Shown: positions 39,958 to 50,174, counted from the stretch's first letter. The stretch is DNA of 64,000 bases from an uncultured Gemmatimonadales bacterium (GCA_963850905.1 CAWKMU010000004.1:160001-224000); one strand, 5' to 3'. The notes: generated from the sequence alone by a model not told the origin. Program-made: numbers and translations.

Positions 39958-40490
39958 GCGGAGGCTCGCGGCAGTCCGGGAGTCGCCGGGGGCGCTCGAA
40001 GGCAGCCCCCTCCTCGCCGCGGCTGTCGCACGTTGGGCCTACCGGGAAGGCCCAGATGGTCGATGTGACCCCCAAAGCCGACACGGCACGTGTCGCCCGC
40101 GCCACAGGTTCGATACAAATGGCCGCGACGACCCTACAAACCATCGTCACAAATAGTGTCAAAAAGGGCGACGTGCTGACGGTCGCCCGAGTGGCTGGCA
40201 TCATGGCAGCCAAGCGGGCCTCCGACCTCATTCCGCTGTGCCACCCCATCCCCCTGACCGACGTACAAGTGACGCTGTCGAGCGACGATGCACTGCCAGG
40301 CCTGCGCGTCGAGGCGACCGTGCGGACTGTCGGAAAGACAGGAGTTGAGATGGAGGCGCTGACGGCCGCCGCCGTGACCCTTATCACCGTTTACGACATG
40401 GCCAAGGGTGTAGATAAGGCCATGGTCATTTCGGACGTCCGCCTCGAGGAGAAGGGTGGCGGGCGGAGCGGCCATTGGAGGCGCCAATGA
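39954..40490 (+). CDS. moaC: Cyclic pyranopterin monophosphate synthase MoaC
   Basis: MVDVTPK, KKGDVL, AGIMAAK, LIPLCHP, TGVEMEAL, YDMAK, KGGGRSG. Confidence 0.96.
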   Translation: MSGGSRQSGSRRGRSKAAPSSPRLSHVGPTGKAQMVDVTPKADTARVARATGSIQMAATTLQTIVTNSVKKGDVLTVARVAGIMAAKRASDLIPLCHPIPLTDVQVTLSSDDALPGLRVEATVRTVGKTGVEMEALTAAAVTLITVYDMAKGVDKAMVISDVRLEEKGGGRSGHWRRQ

Positions 40491-40612
40491 GCACCTGGCG
40501 CCTGGCACGGCCGTTGCCGCCCAATAGGGCATCACCAGAGGCCCCCTCAGGGGGGTCTTCGGGCGTGCGATGCCCGTCTCGTACGTTGACCTTCTTGGCC
40601 AGGGCGAGGCGA

Positions 40613-41314
40613 ATGCACACCTTGCGTGGGACCTATGTACGCCGCGGCGATGCTGCCCGGAGACGCGCTCGAGCCCGACAAGTGATCGTCGGGCTTGCCG
40701 TAGCCGTGCTGGCCGTCGTGCTCGTGCTGAGCCGCCGCCTCCCCGAGGCACGCGCTGGTGAGGCGTCCCTGCCACTGTTCGACTTCGGCTCGGGCCTTGG
40801 TTCGCAGCACCTTCGGGACGAGCTCAATGCCACCAAGGGACAGTTGGACTTGGCGAACGCCCAGCTGGAACGACTCAACGCGGTGGTCGGGTACTCGAGC
40901 CGATATCGCATCGGTGCCGATCTCGCTGGCTCGATCTACGACGTCGCGCTGGCCGAAGGGATCGAGCCCGAGCTCGCCTTTCGTCTCGTCAAGGTCGAGA
41001 GTGACTTCAACGAGCACGCGAGCAGTTCGGCAGGCGCGCTCGGACTGACGCAAGTCATGTTGCCAACCGCGCAGTTCTTTGTGCCCGGCATCACCCGGGA
41101 CGGCCTGTACCAGCGGGAGACCAACCTGCGGGTTGGGCTACGATATCTGCGCACGCTCGTTCGCGAGTACCACGGCGACCTCCGCCTCGCACTGCTTGTC
41201 TATAACCGCGGCGAGCTGGCGGTCGACCTCTCTCGCGAGCAGGGCCTCGATCCCTCCAACGGCTACGAACGGCTCGTGATGAAGGGCTATCGCGGGACGG
41301 GGATTATTAACTGA
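40613..41314 (+). CDS. Membrane-anchored SLT-domain lytic transglycosylase
   Basis: N-terminal TM and coiled coil; LVKVESDF, GALGLTQVM..TA, NLRVGLRYL, LLVYNRG. Confidence 0.9.
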   Translation: MHTLRGTYVRRGDAARRRARARQVIVGLAVAVLAVVLVLSRRLPEARAGEASLPLFDFGSGLGSQHLRDELNATKGQLDLANAQLERLNAVVGYSSRYRIGADLAGSIYDVALAEGIEPELAFRLVKVESDFNEHASSSAGALGLTQVMLPTAQFFVPGITRDGLYQRETNLRVGLRYLRTLVREYHGDLRLALLVYNRGELAVDLSREQGLDPSNGYERLVMKGYRGTGIIN

Positions 41315-41326
41315 TCGGGTTCCGGG

Positions 41327-44038
41327 TTACGCCCTTATCGCCCCCGCAGGCGGTATCCGCGCGGCCCGCCAAGCCGGGACGAGACAGGCGGCAAGGGTAA
41401 CGACCGCGAGCCCGGCCGCCAGTGTGATGTAGGTCACCGGATCCTGGGGGCTGACGCCAATCAACAGGCTGCGAAGAATGCGCGTCGCGGCGAGTGCGAG
41501 CGCAACGCCGACTGCGAGACCAGCCGCCGTGAGCAACATGCCCCGACGCACGACATCCCAGAGAACCTGCTGCGCCGTTGCGCCCATGGCCATCCGGATC
41601 CCGATCTCTCGCGTCCGAAGCGCGACGGCATAGGCAACCACTCCGTAGAGGCCGATCACCGCCAGCAGCAGCCCAAGAAGGGCGATGACCGTCGCAAGCG
41701 TGGCGCCGAGGCGTAATGGCAGGAATGCGAGGCCGTCGTGGAGGTGCGCGTACATCGTCTCGACCGCGTAAGGCGCGAGGTTCGCATCGAGTGACGCCAC
41801 GACGGTCCGAACGGCAGGCGCTAGACTCGCCGGGTCTCCATCCGTCGCGACATGGAGCGTCATCTCCGACTCGTACCGCTGCGCGAAGGGCACGTACAAC
41901 ATCTGCTCCGGCTGCTCTCCGACGAAGATGTTTGTCACCGTCTTGGCGACGCCCACAACGTGGACCTCGGGGCCAGTCGGATTGAAGCGAATCCGCTTGC
42001 CGATTGGGTCCTGCCCAGGCCACAGTCGAGCCGCAGTGGCTGTGTTGACGACCGTCACGCGCTCGGCGAGGGAGTCGTCGCGAATCGTGAAGTCGCGACC
42101 GCTGCGCAGCGGAATCCCCAGCGTTGCGAAATATCCCGGGGTGACCCTGACGGCCTCGATATGCGTGTGCCCGCGTTCGGTCGTCAGCGACGGCAGGTCG
42201 GCGTAGACGTCCAGGTCGCTGTGGCTTGTGCCCAGCGGCGTCGCGCTGGCAAGTGCGGCGCTTCGCACGCCATCGAGTCGTCCAACTTGGCTCACCAATG
42301 CCTGAAAGAATCGCTCGCCTCGAGCGGTGTCGTATCGCGCAAGCGAGACATCCACTGTCGCGAGCAGGCCGTGATCTTGCCGGAAGCCGAGATCGAGTGC
42401 AGCCGCACTTCCGAGGCTGCGGAGGAAAAGGCCCGCGGCGACAAGAACGACGAAGGCGACGGCCACTTGTGCACCAACCAGCGCGGCGCGGAAACGCGAG
42501 GTCGTCGCGCCGCCAGCTGCGCCTCGGCTTCCCTCCTTCAGTACCTCGCCCACGGCTGCCCGCGACGACTTGAGCGCGGGACCGATGCCGCTCACGAGCG
42601 CCGCACAGAACGCAGATACGACCCCGAGCGCCAGCACTCGCCAATCCACCGTGACATCGAAATGCACGGGCACGTTCGAGGACAGGTGCAACGATTGCAG
42701 CCAGTGGGCCGCACCCGCCGCCAAGGCGATGCCGACCACCCCACCGAGCAAGGCGAGCACGAGACTCTCGGTGAGCAACTGGCGTACGAGTCTGGTGCGC
42801 CGGGCGCCGAGCGCCGTGCGCACGGCGAGCTCGGTTTGCCGCCCGGTCGCTCGAGCAAGCATGAGCGACGCGACGTTGGCGCAGGCGATGAGGAGGACCA
42901 GACCCGTCAGCGCCATGAAGATCGCCGATATGCGCGGCATGAAGCGGGTGACCGCGATATCGGGACGCGCTCGGAGCTCGGGCTCCATGACAAACCGCTT
43001 GCCTTCATTCTCGACCGGGTATTGGCGCTGCAGCTGGGTCGCCAGCAGATCCAGCGCCTGTCGAGCGGACGTGAGCGTGACTCCCTCGCGCAGGCGACCG
43101 ATGATCTTGAATCCTCCGCCCGTGCGGCGATGCAGCCAGTCGAGCTCGGACGGATCGAGGTCGTGAATGAGCGTCGCCGGGATCCAACCGTCCTCCTGAA
43201 TGTCGGGCTGCGTCCCCTCGAAGTCAGCTGGCGCGACTCCGACAATGGTCATGGGCAGCCCGTTCAGTACCACAGAGCGCCCCACGACGCCCGGCACGCC
43301 ACCGAGCTCACGCTGCCACAGACGATAGCTGATGACGATCACCCGCTCTCGTCCGAGCGCCTCCGCCGGCGTGAAGGCTCGGCCATGCGCCACCGACACA
43401 CCGAGCATCGACCAGAAGTTTTCGGAGACCGCCTGGAACAGAGTGCGCTCGGTGTGATCGCCCACGCGCAGGCTGACGGGCCACGTGACGCCGGCGGCCG
43501 CATCGCGCAAGACCGTGCGGAGATTTCGGATGTCGACGAAGTTCAGATAGGAATTGTCGCCGGGGAAGGTCGTCCCACTCGAGATCGTACCGATCACGAC
43601 CAGGTTGCCCGGGTTCGCGACCGGCAACGGACGAAAGAGAAGATGTGCGACGACGGCAAACACCGCAGCGGTCGCGCCGGTACCGAGGCCCAGGCAGAGC
43701 AGGGCGGCGATGGTGAACCCCGGCGCGCGCCACAATGTGCGGATCGCGTAGCGAAAGTCGAAAAGCAACGTCCCTACCGCCAGGCGACGAAACGTATTGC
43801 GGTCGCGGCGGTCGTCGTGCGAGCGTAGCTCGGCGTTGACGCGCGCGACGTCTCCAAACCGTTCGTGGGCCGCGCGCCGTGCCTCATCAGGCGTCATGCC
43901 TCGTTCCTCGTATTCTCGCTGTCGCATCTCAATGTGAAACTGGAGCTCGTCGCCGACGTCCGCCGGCGAGTTGTCGCCCCAGAAGCGAAGGTATCGATGC
44001 CACATGGGCGGCCTTACGGCATTCCGCGGACGGCGCAT
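41327..44038 (-). CDS. ADOP-type duplicated MacB/FtsX ABC permease (copy 2)
   Basis: Permease prefix DELQFHIEM..GMTPDEARRAA..FG; LLIACANVASL, ELAVRTALGA, LYGVVAY.V..RTREIGIRMAMGA. Confidence 0.92.
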   Translation of the reverse strand: MRRPRNAVRPPMWHRYLRFWGDNSPADVGDELQFHIEMRQREYEERGMTPDEARRAAHERFGDVARVNAELRSHDDRRDRNTFRRLAVGTLLFDFRYAIRTLWRAPGFTIAALLCLGLGTGATAAVFAVVAHLLFRPLPVANPGNLVVIGTISSGTTFPGDNSYLNFVDIRNLRTVLRDAAAGVTWPVSLRVGDHTERTLFQAVSENFWSMLGVSVAHGRAFTPAEALGRERVIVISYRLWQRELGGVPGVVGRSVVLNGLPMTIVGVAPADFEGTQPDIQEDGWIPATLIHDLDPSELDWLHRRTGGGFKIIGRLREGVTLTSARQALDLLATQLQRQYPVENEGKRFVMEPELRARPDIAVTRFMPRISAIFMALTGLVLLIACANVASLMLARATGRQTELAVRTALGARRTRLVRQLLTESLVLALLGGVVGIALAAGAAHWLQSLHLSSNVPVHFDVTVDWRVLALGVVSAFCAALVSGIGPALKSSRAAVGEVLKEGSRGAAGGATTSRFRAALVGAQVAVAFVVLVAAGLFLRSLGSAAALDLGFRQDHGLLATVDVSLARYDTARGERFFQALVSQVGRLDGVRSAALASATPLGTSHSDLDVYADLPSLTTERGHTHIEAVRVTPGYFATLGIPLRSGRDFTIRDDSLAERVTVVNTATAARLWPGQDPIGKRIRFNPTGPEVHVVGVAKTVTNIFVGEQPEQMLYVPFAQRYESEMTLHVATDGDPASLAPAVRTVVASLDANLAPYAVETMYAHLHDGLAFLPLRLGATLATVIALLGLLLAVIGLYGVVAYAVALRTREIGIRMAMGATAQQVLWDVVRRGMLLTAAGLAVGVALALAATRILRSLLIGVSPQDPVTYITLAAGLAVVTLAACLVPAWRAARIPPAGAIRA

Positions 44039-44044
44039 AACAGT

Positions 44045-46747
44045 TTATGACCCGATGGCCTCGGCAGGCGGCGTCCGCGCTGCGCGCCGTGCCGGAACCC
44101 AGGACGCGACAAACGTCACTCCCGCGAGGATGCCGCCTAACACGCAGAATGTGAGCGGGTCGCGGGCGCTCACATCGACGAGTAAACCACTGAGCAGGTG
44201 GGTCGTCGCAAGTCCCAGTACACACCCAGCGGCAAGGCCGATCGTCGACACGAGCATGCCCTCGCCAATCACGCTAATGAGAATGTCAACCGACGTCGCA
44301 CCAATCGCCATCCGGATCCCGATCTCTCGACGGCGCTGGGCCACGGAGTACGCGATGACGCCGTACAGGCCAATGGTCGCGAGCAGGAGCCCGAGCACTC
44401 CGATGCCCGTGGCAACCGTCGCCGCAATGCGCACCGGAATGAACGCGACGCCATCGCGCAGATGAGCGGTCATGGTCGTCAGACCATACGGAGCGACGTT
44501 CGGATCGAGCGACGCAACCACTGCACGGACCGGGCGCGCGAGCTCTTTCGGGTCCTGCGTCGTGAGCAGGTGCAGCGTCATCTCCGGTTCGTACCACTGG
44601 CGAAAGGGAAGGTACGCCATTGGGACCGGGCGTTCACGAAGGATTTGAGATGTGACGGTTGCGACGACTCCGACGATCTCGACCGGTGGTCCCCCGAGGT
44701 CTAGCCGCACTCGCTGGCCAACCGGATCCTGGCGCGGCCACAGTCGCGCCGCCATTGCAGCGTTAATGACCATCACCCGCGGGGCAGCGCTGTCGTCGCC
44801 CTCCTCGAACACGCGGCCCCGCAGGAGGCGAATGCCCAACGCGCTGAAATAACGAGGAGTGACCACGTTTCGCTCGACATTCGTATGCCCTTTGTCTTGC
44901 ACGAGCGTCGGCAGATCGGCGTAGATCCCGAGGTCATTGTGGTCGGTGCCCAACGGGATATCGAATCCCAATGCCGCTGACCGTACGCCAGGTAGATCGC
45001 TGGCACGCTGCACGAGCGCGCGAAAGAAGCGGCGTCCCTCGACACTGTCGTAGCGCGCGAGCGCAACATCGACCGTTGCCATGAATTCGTGATCCTGACG
45101 GAAGCCGAGATCGACTCGGCCAGCTCGTTGGACGCTGCGGACAAACAGCCCCGCCGTAACGAGCAAGAGGAAAGAGACTGCGACCTGCGCCGCGACGAGC
45201 GCCGCACGAAATCGCTGGCGGCCGACCCCCGCCTCCAAGCCGCGCGCCCCCTCGTTGAGTGCACGACCGATCCGCACGCCAGAACTGCGAATCGCAGGAC
45301 CAAGACCGCTGACTACAGCCGCGCCGGTAGCAACACCGGCGGTGACCACGACGACGCCCCAGTCGATTCGAACTCCGAACTGCACCGGCACCGCTACATC
45401 GATTCGCAGCGTCGTGACCCAGTGCACGACGATGGCCGCGAGCGCCAAGCCAACGACGGCCCCGCCTGCAGCAAGCGCAAGGCTTTCCGCCAGCAACTCC
45501 CGAATCAGTCGCAGACGCGGAGCCCCGAGTGCGAGTCGCACCGCCAACTCGGTTTGACGGCCGCTGGCGCGCGTCAGAATCAGCGAGGCAACGTTGGCGC
45601 AGGCAATGAGCAGGACCAGCACCGTCAACATCGAGAAAACGAACGCAGCCCGAGGAACAATCCCCGCCACCGAGATATCCGGACGCGCACGGATCTCTGG
45701 CGCCACCACAAACCGTAGCCCTTGCTCTTCCGTTGGATACTGTCGCTCCAACGCTCGAGCGAGCAACTCGAGCTGCTTTTCGGCGCCGTCAGATGTGACG
45801 CCGGGTTGTAGCCGCCCCAGCACTCGAAAGGCCGCGCCGTCGCGCGATAGCGGCTCGCGGATCCCGGGGTTGAGGTCGCGCAGCACCGTGGCAGGGAACC
45901 AGGCATCGAACGCAATGCTGTACGCCAAGCCCCTGGCCGAAGGCGGCGCAACCCCCACCACCGTCATCGGGATGCCATTGAGCGACACGCTGCGCCCGAG
46001 AACGTCGGCGGCACCCGCGAAGACGGTTTGCCACAGACGGTAACCAATGACGAGCAGTCGATCGCCATGGAGTGCCTCTGCCGGCGAGAATGGCCGACCG
46101 AGTGCCATATGCACCCCGAGCACCTCCCAGTAGTTCTCGGATACAGCCTCCATGATGCGCCGCTCACTGCGGTCAGCAACGCGGAAACTCACTTGAGTGA
46201 ACGTTCCCGCGACGGCGCTCTCGAGCACAGCGTGCTGGGCGCGGATTTCGAGATAGTCGGGGTACGGCATATTTCCCGGAGTGGCATCGCCGGCGTACGT
46301 GCTCGCGATCACGACGAGGTTGCCAGGATTCACAGCGGGAAACGGGCGCAGCAGAAAGGCATCGACGATTGCAAAGACGGCTGCCGTGGCGCCGGTCCCT
46401 AGCGCGAGACACAGGATCGCCGCGGCAGTGAAAGCAGGCGCACGCCGGAGCGTCCGCAGCGCATGCCGGAAGTCGCGCCCGATGCCCGCCGCCGCCGCGC
46501 GCAAGCGAGCCCAATGATCACGGCGGCGATCATGCGTCCTGAGCGACGCGTCGACCTGCCCGACGTCGCCGAATCGCTCGCGAGCGGCCTGCTGCGCAGC
46601 CTGCGGTGTCATCCCCTGACGCTCGAAGTCGTGCGCTCGCATGTCGAGGTGAAACGCGAGTTCATCGCGCACATCCGCGTCGACATCCGAACCCCAGAAC
46701 CGAAGGTACCGCCGCCATGCTGCCGGCCGCCGCCCCCGCGTGCTCAC
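44045..46747 (-). CDS. ADOP-type duplicated MacB/FtsX ABC permease (copy 1)
   Basis: Same motifs as the downstream paralog; GTGA overlap with the padR stop. Confidence 0.92.
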   Translation of the reverse strand: MSTRGRRPAAWRRYLRFWGSDVDADVRDELAFHLDMRAHDFERQGMTPQAAQQAARERFGDVGQVDASLRTHDRRRDHWARLRAAAAGIGRDFRHALRTLRRAPAFTAAAILCLALGTGATAAVFAIVDAFLLRPFPAVNPGNLVVIASTYAGDATPGNMPYPDYLEIRAQHAVLESAVAGTFTQVSFRVADRSERRIMEAVSENYWEVLGVHMALGRPFSPAEALHGDRLLVIGYRLWQTVFAGAADVLGRSVSLNGIPMTVVGVAPPSARGLAYSIAFDAWFPATVLRDLNPGIREPLSRDGAAFRVLGRLQPGVTSDGAEKQLELLARALERQYPTEEQGLRFVVAPEIRARPDISVAGIVPRAAFVFSMLTVLVLLIACANVASLILTRASGRQTELAVRLALGAPRLRLIRELLAESLALAAGGAVVGLALAAIVVHWVTTLRIDVAVPVQFGVRIDWGVVVVTAGVATGAAVVSGLGPAIRSSGVRIGRALNEGARGLEAGVGRQRFRAALVAAQVAVSFLLLVTAGLFVRSVQRAGRVDLGFRQDHEFMATVDVALARYDSVEGRRFFRALVQRASDLPGVRSAALGFDIPLGTDHNDLGIYADLPTLVQDKGHTNVERNVVTPRYFSALGIRLLRGRVFEEGDDSAAPRVMVINAAMAARLWPRQDPVGQRVRLDLGGPPVEIVGVVATVTSQILRERPVPMAYLPFRQWYEPEMTLHLLTTQDPKELARPVRAVVASLDPNVAPYGLTTMTAHLRDGVAFIPVRIAATVATGIGVLGLLLATIGLYGVIAYSVAQRRREIGIRMAIGATSVDILISVIGEGMLVSTIGLAAGCVLGLATTHLLSGLLVDVSARDPLTFCVLGGILAGVTFVASWVPARRAARTPPAEAIGS

Positions 46748-47094
46748 GCGAGCGTCGGCGCCGCGCGCAAGACGCTGGTCACCGCTCCCGCATAGCGCGT
46801 CCACGCGACCGCCTCAGCCCGGAGATAGGCTCGGCCGCTCGTCGTGATCCGGTAGTACCGCGCACGACGATTGTTCTCCGACAGGCCCCACTCGCTGTCG
46901 ACCAGCCCCCGGTCCTCGAGTCTCCGGAGCGCCGGATACAGCGATCCCTCCTCGACGCGCAACACGTCTTGCGTCGTCCCCTCGATCCACCGCGCGATGC
47001 CGTACCCGTGCGTCGGCTCCGCGTACAGCGCTTTGAGAATCAGGATCGCGAGCGTCCCCTGCAGCAGCTCGCCCGACCGTGTCGCACCCGTCAT
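46744..47094 (-). CDS. PadR family regulator (acidobacterial type)
   Basis: ELLQGTLAILILKAL, HGYGIARWI, EEGSLYPALRRLE, WGLSENNRRARYY. Confidence 0.95.
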   Translation of the reverse strand: MTGATRSGELLQGTLAILILKALYAEPTHGYGIARWIEGTTQDVLRVEEGSLYPALRRLEDRGLVDSEWGLSENNRRARYYRITTSGRAYLRAEAVAWTRYAGAVTSVLRAAPTLA

Positions 47095-47102
47095 GCGTGA
47101 CC

Positions 47103-47159
47103 CTCCCCCTTGGCACGTCTATGGGAGCGGATAGTATGGCTGCGCAAGAGTCGGTGCAA
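47103..47159 (-). promoter_or_regulatory. padR promoter and candidate PadR operator over the RBS
   Basis: TTGCAC-N17-TACTAT, then imperfect palindrome CTCCCATAGACGTGCCAAGGGGGAG (47103-47127). Confidence 0.55.
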
Positions 47160-47163
47160 GTAC

Positions 47164-47392
47164 GGGTAACGGGTGACAGGGGACAGGGGACAGGGGACAG
47201 GGGACAGGTGACAGGTGACAGGTGACACACAAATGCTGACCAGGGACCCTAACCGAAAGGCCGATCGCAGCGCACCGCGACCGGCCAGGGACCGGTAGGG
47301 GCGACGCATTGCGTCGCCCGCTGTTGCCGTCGTATTTGGCGGTTGTCGTTACCCGTTACCCGTCACCCGTCACCCGCCTTTCCAACGTCTAA
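47164..47392. repeat. Composite element: nine heptamers, hairpin, REP, four complementary heptamers
   Basis: GGGTAAC GGGTGAC (AGGGGAC)x4 (AGGTGAC)x3 at 47164-47226; (GTTACCC)x2 (GTCACCC)x2 at 47348-47375. Confidence 0.9.
47295..47319 (+). repeat. GTAG-family REP palindrome, copy 2
   Basis: GTAG-GGGCGACGC-ATT-GCGTCGCCC with the same GACCG left flank as copy 1. Confidence 0.8.
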
Positions 47393-47394
47393 TC

Positions 47395-48954
47395 TCAGCT
47401 TCTCCGCCTCCGCGGCGTCCCCGAAATCACCAGGGCCTGCCCGGGCAGAATCGCGCTCTTTCGGAGCCCGTTCAGCCGCATCAGCGAAGCGACGGTCGTG
47501 TGGTAGTGAACGGCGATGCGGCTCAACGATTCGCCCGATCGCACGATATGGATCTGCCGCCCGCTTCCATACCGCTCGATTGATGGATCGGGGACATTGA
47601 GTGCCGCCTTCAGGACCGCGGTCGTCGGCACCAGCACCCGCTCCCCTACGGGGAGCCGGCCGCTCTTCGCCGCACTCAACCCATGGTTATATACGCGCAG
47701 CTCGCGGACACTGGCGCCGGATCGTCGAGCCAACGTCGTCCAGGTCTCCCCCCGCCGGGTGGTCAACACGGCGTAGGCACTGCGGGTCGTCGAGTCGAGG
47801 GCCGCAAAAGCTTCGTCGAACGTCGCACCCTGTCCCACCGGAACGCGGACCGTGAAGGAATCCTTGGGCGGCGTGACGCCGCGCAGCAGATGTGGATTGA
47901 GATCCGCGATGGTCGCAGGGTCGGTCGCCGCCGCCTGCGCGATCGCCACTAACGGCGTCGACGGTCCCACACGCACCGAGTCGTACGAGTACAGCGGTTG
48001 CGCCTGAATGTGCAAGCCGTAGCGGGCGGGCTCCTTCGCGACCAACGCGGCCGCGATGAGCTGCGGGACGTAATCTTTCGTCTCCACGCGCAGGTACTTC
48101 TTGTCCGCGAGCGCGAAGAACAAATCGTCCCCTGAAGTCCCCTCGAAATCGTCGGCGTACCGCGCCAATCCCCGCGAGATGCGTCCTGGGCCACCGTCGT
48201 ATGCAGCGGCGGCTAGGTAGATGGAGCCGAATTGGTCCTTGAGGTAGCGAAGGAAGCGGATCGCCGCGTCCGTTGACCGCACGGGATCACGCCGCTCGTC
48301 GACCCACCAATCCACTCGCAAACCCGCGCCTTGCGCGGTGGAGGTCATGAGCTGCCACAAGCCGACCGCGGCGGCCCTCGAGTACGCCCCCGGGGAGTAT
48401 CCGCTTTCGATGATCGGCAGATACGCCATGTCCTCGGGCAGCCCCGCCGCGCGCAACTTCGCACGAATCAAGGGCTCGTACCGCGTCCCTCGCTCCACCC
48501 ACAGCGCGAAGCGGTCGCGCGCTTCTCCCGTAAATCGCGCGACGAAAAACTCCACGCGCCGCTGCGTCGCGTACGACCGGACGTCAATGTCCCACGTCGG
48601 GCCAGGACCGCTGATCCCGGGTGTAGTGCTGTCCGCTGTCCCGTGAGCATCCGCGTTCTCGCCGGTCGAGTCGCCAAAGACGCGCAGCGCCTGCTGGGTC
48701 ACATCCTGGTGGGTGACGAGATCGGCGGCGGTCACCGAGTCCCTGGCGATCGCGCGCGTGCCATGGACTGGTACGGGTGAATCGATCGAAGCAGCGCCAA
48801 TCGATGCGGGCCCCCCCGTCGCGCCAGAATCGGCGTGCGCAGGCGTGGGCCCTGGCTGCGGGGCGTGATGCGCGCAGGCGACGCAAACTGCCACTACGGC
48901 GAGCCCAGCTGTCCGCCGGGCGCGCGACGACGACCGCCGGGAACCGTCGCTCAT
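47395..48954 (-). CDS. MltD-like lytic transglycosylase with LysM domains, probable lipoprotein
   Basis: VVAVCVAC lipobox-like; LPIIESGY, AVGLWQLM, DERRDP, AAAYDGG, ETKDYVPQL; LysM HIVRSGESLSRIA. Confidence 0.92.
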   Translation of the reverse strand: MSDGSRRSSSRARRTAGLAVVAVCVACAHHAPQPGPTPAHADSGATGGPASIGAASIDSPVPVHGTRAIARDSVTAADLVTHQDVTQQALRVFGDSTGENADAHGTADSTTPGISGPGPTWDIDVRSYATQRRVEFFVARFTGEARDRFALWVERGTRYEPLIRAKLRAAGLPEDMAYLPIIESGYSPGAYSRAAAVGLWQLMTSTAQGAGLRVDWWVDERRDPVRSTDAAIRFLRYLKDQFGSIYLAAAAYDGGPGRISRGLARYADDFEGTSGDDLFFALADKKYLRVETKDYVPQLIAAALVAKEPARYGLHIQAQPLYSYDSVRVGPSTPLVAIAQAAATDPATIADLNPHLLRGVTPPKDSFTVRVPVGQGATFDEAFAALDSTTRSAYAVLTTRRGETWTTLARRSGASVRELRVYNHGLSAAKSGRLPVGERVLVPTTAVLKAALNVPDPSIERYGSGRQIHIVRSGESLSRIAVHYHTTVASLMRLNGLRKSAILPGQALVISGTPRRRRS

Positions 48955-48968
48955 GGGAGACAGCAGAT

Positions 48969-49022
48969 TGCGTGCGACGTGCCGCGGCAACTCTCGATCA
49001 CTCGCAAAGGGGCAACGACTTG
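48969..49022 (-). promoter_or_regulatory. Possible sigma-54 promoter with IHF-like site upstream of the MltD-like gene
   Basis: Minus strand CGGCACG-TCGC-ACGCA (48969-48984); CAA-CGAC-TTG at 49013-49022. Confidence 0.35.
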
Positions 49023-49090
49023 AGGCGCGCTGCTGAGTTCCGGGTCCACGCGCGAACAAAGGCGGATATCCGCGGTGTTCGAGCTATGGG

Positions 49091-49552
49091 TCATCGCGTC
49101 GCGATGAAGTTGCCCAGCAGGCGGTTCGTGGCGTTCAGGACCGCGATCACGGCCGCTCGCACCGGATCACGCTCGGCAAGATAGCTCCCCAACAGCCGGC
49201 GCGGACCCTCGCCCTTCCGAAGCCCCAGGGCGACGATCACGATATTCGCGTCAAACGCTCGCAACGCCTTGATCCCCGCCAGCTCGAACTCGATCGCCCC
49301 GCCAGAGAAGTTTTCGAGGGCGTGGAGCGCGGCCTCGGCCGCGATGCGCAGATCGCCCATCGGGCTCGACTGGCCGCTGGCTTTGCCTACCACCGTCACC
49401 CCATCGAGCCACTCGAGCTCGACCTCGGCTGTGCACAGCCCCGATGGCGTCCGAACGAACCGGAAATTGGTGAAACGCAGCCTCTCCCGCTTCGCTTGTA
49501 ACGCACTCAGCGCCGACGGCGGTGATGGATCGGGCTGCTTGACGGTGGCCAT
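49091..49552 (-). CDS. Hypothetical alpha/beta protein
   Basis: 153-aa ORF with globular pattern (RIAAEAALHAL; DPVRAAVIAVLNATNR); no function assigned. Confidence 0.8.
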   Translation of the reverse strand: MATVKQPDPSPPSALSALQAKRERLRFTNFRFVRTPSGLCTAEVELEWLDGVTVVGKASGQSSPMGDLRIAAEAALHALENFSGGAIEFELAGIKALRAFDANIVIVALGLRKGEGPRRLLGSYLAERDPVRAAVIAVLNATNRLLGNFIATR

Positions 49553-49655
49553 GCGACTCAGACCGGTGAACAGACGTGTACGCTCCGCTGCACCTTTGTC
49601 AGCGGCTACCCTGGTACACGAGCGACTGACCGAGAAGCAACCGTCGGATGTCGTG

Positions 49656-50174
49656 CTACATCATGCGCATGATGCAGAGATCCGTGAGGATCGCGATGGC
49701 CTGCCCCGCCAGTACATCGCCCGGGTAGTGCACCCGGAGGCAGACACGCGAGATGCCAACCGCAGCCGCCAGCATGATGAGCGGTGCGGCCCACGTGGGA
49801 AACGCCACCGCATAGACGAACGCCACAGCCATGGCAGCTGTGGCGTGACCGGACGGGAAGGAGAAGGCGTCGGGACTGGTAATCAGCGCCTCAGTTCCGA
49901 CCGCGGTAGATGGTCGTTCGCGTAGGACCTTCCGCTTGATGATCTGCACGACGCCGTGGGAGATCACCAGCCCGAGTGCGGCACGGAACGCTGCTGCACG
50001 AAAGGCAGCAGCCGCCAGGAGCGGAAGCCCCGCGGCCAGCACGCTGCACCACAGACCTCCCAGATGCGTGAGGATGACCCACGCACGCCGGGAGCCGGTC
50101 GACGGTTCGATGGCCCATCGCATGAACAGCGCGCGGTCGCCGGCGTCGAGTCGGGTCAGGAGAGACACGGCCAT
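49656..50174 (-). CDS. PAP2 family membrane phosphatase
   Basis: KRKVLRERP (C1), SFPSGH (C2), SRVCLRVHYPGDV (C3). Confidence 0.93.
   Translation of the reverse strand: MAVSLLTRLDAGDRALFMRWAIEPSTGSRRAWVILTHLGGLWCSVLAAGLPLLAAAAFRAAAFRAALGLVISHGVVQIIKRKVLRERPSTAVGTEALITSPDAFSFPSGHATAAMAVAFVYAVAFPTWAAPLIMLAAAVGISRVCLRVHYPGDVLAGQAIAILTDLCIMRMM

Noticed and set aside
47164..47226. CRISPR-like or coding repeat (ORF 46814..47230, CHLSPVT/CPLSPVP repeats)
   Set aside because: Contiguous 7-nt units with no spacers and no cas genes; the peptide repeat is only the translation of the heptamer array
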